Shown: in pieces, positions 59,760 through 64,000 of the stretch
Numbering within the stretch: position 1 is the first letter of the stretch
Layout: the number at the start of each line of letters is the position of its first letter
Source: Podarcis tiliguerta
Lineage: Eukaryota
Assembly (NCBI GenBank): GCA_965153285.1
Contig: OZ229123.1
Reading direction: 5' to 3' (one strand)
Length of the DNA stretch: 64,000 nt
Made by a program: the position numbers and the translations under genes
The notes under the pieces: generated by a model
Databases searched by the model: none
Seen by the model: the letters and a program-made list of their open reading frames with translations, nothing else
Told to the model about the DNA's origin: nothing

Positions 59760-60532
59760 TGTTTGCACAAAAAAAGAAGCCTAAAGATTCGTCCTGCTGG
59801 GTCAGAGTTTGCCAAACACATGCAACGGCAGGTGACTTTGCAGGTGCTCCCCACAAAAGCAAAACTGCGGCCAATTGTAGTACAGATTCTGCATGCCCGA
59901 CAAATGTTTCCTTTGCCTGGTCACAGCACATTGCTTCTGGCTTCCGCCACTGGCTCCCTGCCACTCAGCCGGCCTGCCAGGCTGGAGATTGCAAATGCCT
60001 CCCGATCGGACTCCGTGCGCCGTCTGCAGACACCCGTTCCGCTCCCTGGGCCTGCAGTGCCCATGACCAAGGTGGAGAGGCCTTTCTTCCCAGCCTCAGG
60101 GAGCAGCGGGTCTTAGCCTGGCTTGACTTTGGTGCAGTCCCTGAGATGATTGGACGCTGCTGCCTTCTACTGAGCTGGACCTTTGGTTCATCTAGTTCAG
60201 TAGTCTCTACGCGGAGGGCTCATCCAGACTTTTGTGCTTCGTTTTTAGGTACGGGCCCATGTTTTAAAGCTCCATCTCCTAGCACTTTATTTATTTTTAT
60301 TTATTTTTGGCCCTGTTGCTTTCTCTGTGAAAACCTGCTCTTTACAGCTGAAAATAAATCCACATAAATCCCAAATTGCCGTTCAGCGTTAAAGCCTGTT
60401 TTCGTGGGGGAAATGTCATGGCAAACCCCGCACCCCCCAAAATGCTCAGACATGGACTGAGAAAGTGTGGAGCAGTACCTAGAAATGAAGTGTGGATTTC
60501 ATTTCACTTTTAATTTGTATCCCACCTTTCTA

Positions 60533-60998
60533 TATGGCAGTACCTCAGTTCTCAAACGCCTTGGTACTCAAACAACTTGGAACCCAAACACTGCAAACCT
60601 GGAAGTAATTGTTCCCTTTTGCGAACTTTTTTTCGGAAGCCGAACGTGCTCCATTTTGAGTGTTACGCTGAGGTCTGTCTGTTTTTGCTATTTATTTTGT
60701 GTTTTTGTTTTTGCGGCTTTTTTGTTTTGTTTTTGTGACTGTGTGGAACCCAGTTCAGCTACTGATTGATTGTGTGCCTGCAGTACATTGTTTATTGCTT
60801 TCATTTTATGGGTCAATTGTCTTGTTAGATAATAAAATTCATGTTAAATTGTCATTTTAGGGTTTGTTTTTAAAAGTCTGGAAAGGATTGATCCATTTTA
60901 CATTACTTTCTATGGGAAAGCACGCCTTAGTTTTGGAATGCTTTGGTTTTGGAATGGACTTCCGGAACGGATTAAGTTTGAGAATCAAAGTACCACTT
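60533..60998. mobile_element. Tc1/mariner-pogo type non-autonomous element
   Basis: GTACCTCAGTTCTCAAAC ... GGATTAAGTTTGAGAATCAAAGTACCAC; related to 101-339. Confidence 0.7.
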
Positions 60999-62053
60999 AC
61001 TATAAACAAGGTGAAGAAACGACAAAATAGACAGCAAAGATCACACACCTAATAACAATTGGATCCAATGCAAAAAAAGTCGCAGTAACTTTAAAATAAA
61101 CAACTTCTATCCAATGAAGCAATATTCAGCAAACCATTGGAATTATTGGATGAGACATTGCCCTGACAATGGCAGCTCTCCAGGGTTTCAGGCAGGGGGA
61201 CTCTCTCTCCCAGCCCCACCTGGGGATAGAACCTGTGCCCTTCTGCATGCAAGGCAGCTGCTCTGCCACTGAGCTATGGCCCTCCCCCTTTGCATTGTGC
61301 TTTTTCACAAGCCAGCTTGCATTTTCTGCACATGCCACCATCAGGTTTTGCAGTGTGTGCGTTCATGTTTAGGAAAATCAAAGGCACCCAGGAAGTGTAC
61401 TGGTGCTTTGCCAAAGGTAATGTGGGCTCCTGGCCACCTCTCGTTAGCTACACAGCATCCCCATTTGCCCTCTGGGGAGATGAGTGACTCATCCGGGAAC
61501 AAACACCCGCGCCCAGAGCGCCTGGCATGGCAGCCTTTGCCTAGCAGAGTCTGAGTGTGTTTGCTTCAACCTGAGTTCATTCTTCTCTAATGGGGTTTGC
61601 ATACAGAAGAAGAAGAAGATGGCCCCTGGGGGAGGGGAGGAATCGCCATCTGGCGCTATGAAAGAGCAATTTGGGGCAGGGCAGCGAGAGATGAGGATCT
61701 GCAGGAGACCAAGGCGGGATTCAACTCCTGATTGAATCAGACCAAAGATGGTCAGCGATATGGAAAAAAACAAGACCTCTGAGGAACAGGTGAAGAATTG
61801 GGTGTGTTTATCTGGGAGTTATCTGGCCTTTTCTGCGGTGATTCCCCATTTGTAGAGTTCTTTCCCCAGGGAGGTTCACCTGGTGCCTTCATTACATATC
61901 TTTAGGTGCCAGGCAAAAACATTCCTCATCTCCCAGGCCTTTGGCTAATTAAACATGGCCTTTTAAACAGGAAGAGGAGGTTCGTTTTTGTTTGTTACTA
62001 TGTATTTTTGTGTTTTTATATTGTAAACCACCCTGTGATCCTTGGATGAAGGC

Positions 62054-62091
<38 letters not shown>

Positions 62092-62103
62092 GATAGATAG
62101 ATA
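62054..62103. repeat. (GATA)n microsatellite
   Basis: Direct observation. Confidence 0.95.
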
Positions 62104-62230
62104 TCTGAGAAGACGATCAGTCCCCAACTGGAATCTTGTGTCCAGTTCTGGGTACCATAGTTGTAGAAAGATATTGACAAGCCGGAAGGTGTTCAGAGAG
62201 AGAGACCAAGTTAATCAAGGGTCTGGAAAT

Positions 62231-62596
62231 CAACGTTCAAAATTCACCAGATACCAGGCACATTTTGTACCTGTGCTAGCAGCCACTTGCAACCAAGTGA
62301 AGATTCCTGGATGCCAGGATGGCGCCTGACCTCTCCACCTTCTGGAGGTGCATTCCTGGGGATCCTGGGATCTTGACCCTTTTCACACACTAGCAACACA
62401 TCCTGTAGAATTCTATCCATTATATTTTATCTGCACAATCGGAATGAATTTCAGGAGCCAAAAAAGTCTTATTGAAAATATGACTTTCAAGCCATCTGGC
62501 CCCAAAATGGCAACTAGGCATTCCGTTTTGGCAGATGAAACCCTGGTTTAAAGAGCCATTTGGTGCCTAGCTTATATCTCTGAGTTTCTAAAACTG
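62231..62596. mobile_element. hAT element B family, shorter copy inside a CR1 fragment
   Basis: Homologous to 23313-24177; TSD CTGGAAAT/CTGGAAAC. Confidence 0.8.
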
Positions 62597-63202
62597 CTGG
62601 AAACCAAGGCCGTTGAGGAATGGTTGAGAGAGTTTAGCCTGGAGAAGAGACTGGGAGTTGATTTGATAGTCATCTTCAAAAATCCACATGGAAGATGACA
62701 CAAGCTTCTTTTCTGCTACTGCAGAGGGTAGGATCAAGGCAATGGATTCAAATTGCAGGAAAGGAGATTCCGACTAAACATTGGGAAGAACTTTAAGATC
62801 CAAGACCTTGTTGCCTCCTGGGCTAACATATCAGAAATGGACAAGAATGGGACCCTTTAAGAATGAAAGTCCCCACAGCTGCTTCTCTTCACAAGGTCTT
62901 CTGTGCCCCATCAAAGAGAACGTAGGAAGCTGACTTGCTTCCATCTAGTGCAGTATTGCCAACACTGACTGGCAGCAACTCTCCAGTGTGTCCGACAGAG
63001 GACATTCCCAGCTCCACTTGGAGATATTGGGGATTCAACCTGGAATTTTTTTGTGTGAAAAGCAATACTCTACTTCCACTGAGCTATGGTTCTTTCCTTT
63101 AAAAGTAACAAAAGATTCCAGTTCTCATTGTTCTAAATAAACCTGATTTAAACCAGGATATAGAAAACTGAGTGAGACCACTGGTCCATCTAGTTCCATA
63201 TT

Positions 63203-63941
63203 ATCACTTGGGAAGACAAGCGAACTAATGCCAGTGCAATGGAAGAAGCAAAGATCACCAGTTTCAAAGCAATGCTTCTTCAACATCAACTTCGTTAGAC
63301 TGGTCATGTTGTGCGGGTGCCTGCTTGTTGTCTTCCAAAGCAACTACTCTATTCCAAACTTAAAAATGGAAAACGTAATGTTGGTGGTCAACAAACTAGA
63401 CTCTCTCAAGGCAAATCTTTAAAAATCTAGTGTAAACATCGACAACTGGGAAACACTGGCCTGCGAGTGCTCCAATTGGGGAACAGCCTTTACCAAAGGT
63501 GTCATGGGCTTTGAGGATGCTCAAACTCATGACGAAAGGGAGAAACACGCTAAGAGGAAGGCAAGCTTAGCAAATCTTCACCATGATCCACTGGCAGAGG
63601 AAGGGGGTGCGGTTCACCCCGGGTGTCATCCCTGAGAGGAGTGACATCGCCGCGCCACCCCATGGGATGCGTCAACCCTGTGCTCGCTACCACATCCCTG
63701 TGGGACACGCCACCCCCGTGGGCGGCTCGCCCCACCCCCAGGTGTATAGCATGTGCGCCGCTCCGGGTGCCAGAGCAGCTAGCTCCGCCTCTGCCATGCT
63801 CAACTCCTGCCCAGAAACCTGTCTCAACTGTGGAAGGACATGTGGATCCAGAACTGGCCTCCACAGTCACTTACGGACTCGCTGTTAAAACCGTGTTCAT
63901 GGAAGACAATCTTGGCTACGAGTGATCACCAAAGAAGAAGA
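63203..63941 (+). mobile_element. RTE-clade LINE 3' fragment, same family as 14481-15742
   Basis: Shared 3' end GGCCTCCACAGTCACTTACGGACTC...GGAAGACAATC...GAAGAAG tail; CxxCGRxCxSRxGLxSH motif. Confidence 0.85.
63589..63793. mobile_element. GC-rich hAT MITE nested in the RTE fragment
   Basis: Imperfect TIR CACTGGCAGAG/CTCCGCCTCTG; TSD CCATGATC/CCATGCTC. Confidence 0.8.
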
Positions 63942-64000
63942 TCTGTGCAGCCTGGCAGTGACTCTTCAGGGTTTCTGACAAGGGACATTCCCATCCCTAC

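Noticed and set aside
59672-60367. 231-aa + strand ORF
   Set aside because: Runs through an (AC)n microsatellite, has unremarkable composition and no ENaC similarity, so it is not SCNN1B.
54450-64000. SCNN1B coding exons
   Set aside because: No beta-ENaC N-terminal signature (such as YKELLVWYC...THG) found; the coding start presumably lies beyond the window.

Overview
Vertebrate (squamate, most likely lacertid lizard) genomic DNA, not microbial; the Sauria SINE, Squam3-like SINE, BovB, CR1, L2 and RTE content points to this. Two genes are clearly recognisable, in the head-to-head arrangement known from other tetrapods. USP31 coding exon 1 is on the - strand (13880-13068); its intron 1 runs off the left end of the window. 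SCNN1G (epithelial sodium channel gamma subunit) is complete and apparently intact on the + strand: a CpG-island non-coding exon 1 at about 18.9-19.1 kb and 12 coding exons from 24253 to 37985, giving 664 aa with all GT-AG junctions in phase. A third CpG island at about 53.7-54.45 kb is probably the promoter and non-coding exon 1 of SCNN1B by synteny; no SCNN1B coding exon is in the window. The rest is dense in transposable elements. The most notable observations are: (1) a decayed atypical hAT-like (hATm-type) transposase resembling arthropod families, in USP31 intron 1; (2) a nested stack of CR1, two hAT MITEs sharing one 8-bp target and a Sauria SINE, ending about 60 bp before the SCNN1G start exon; (3) a young hAT MITE carrying GGGTTAGGG repeats; (4) an isolated L1-like 5' end flanked by 31-bp direct repeats; (5) repeated insertion of DNA transposons into CR1 sequence; (6) weak, unconfirmed hints of unannotated spliced transcripts at 40-62 kb. 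No CRISPR, rRNA or intact tRNA genes were found. All identifications come from reading the sequence and recalled family knowledge; no database search was run.
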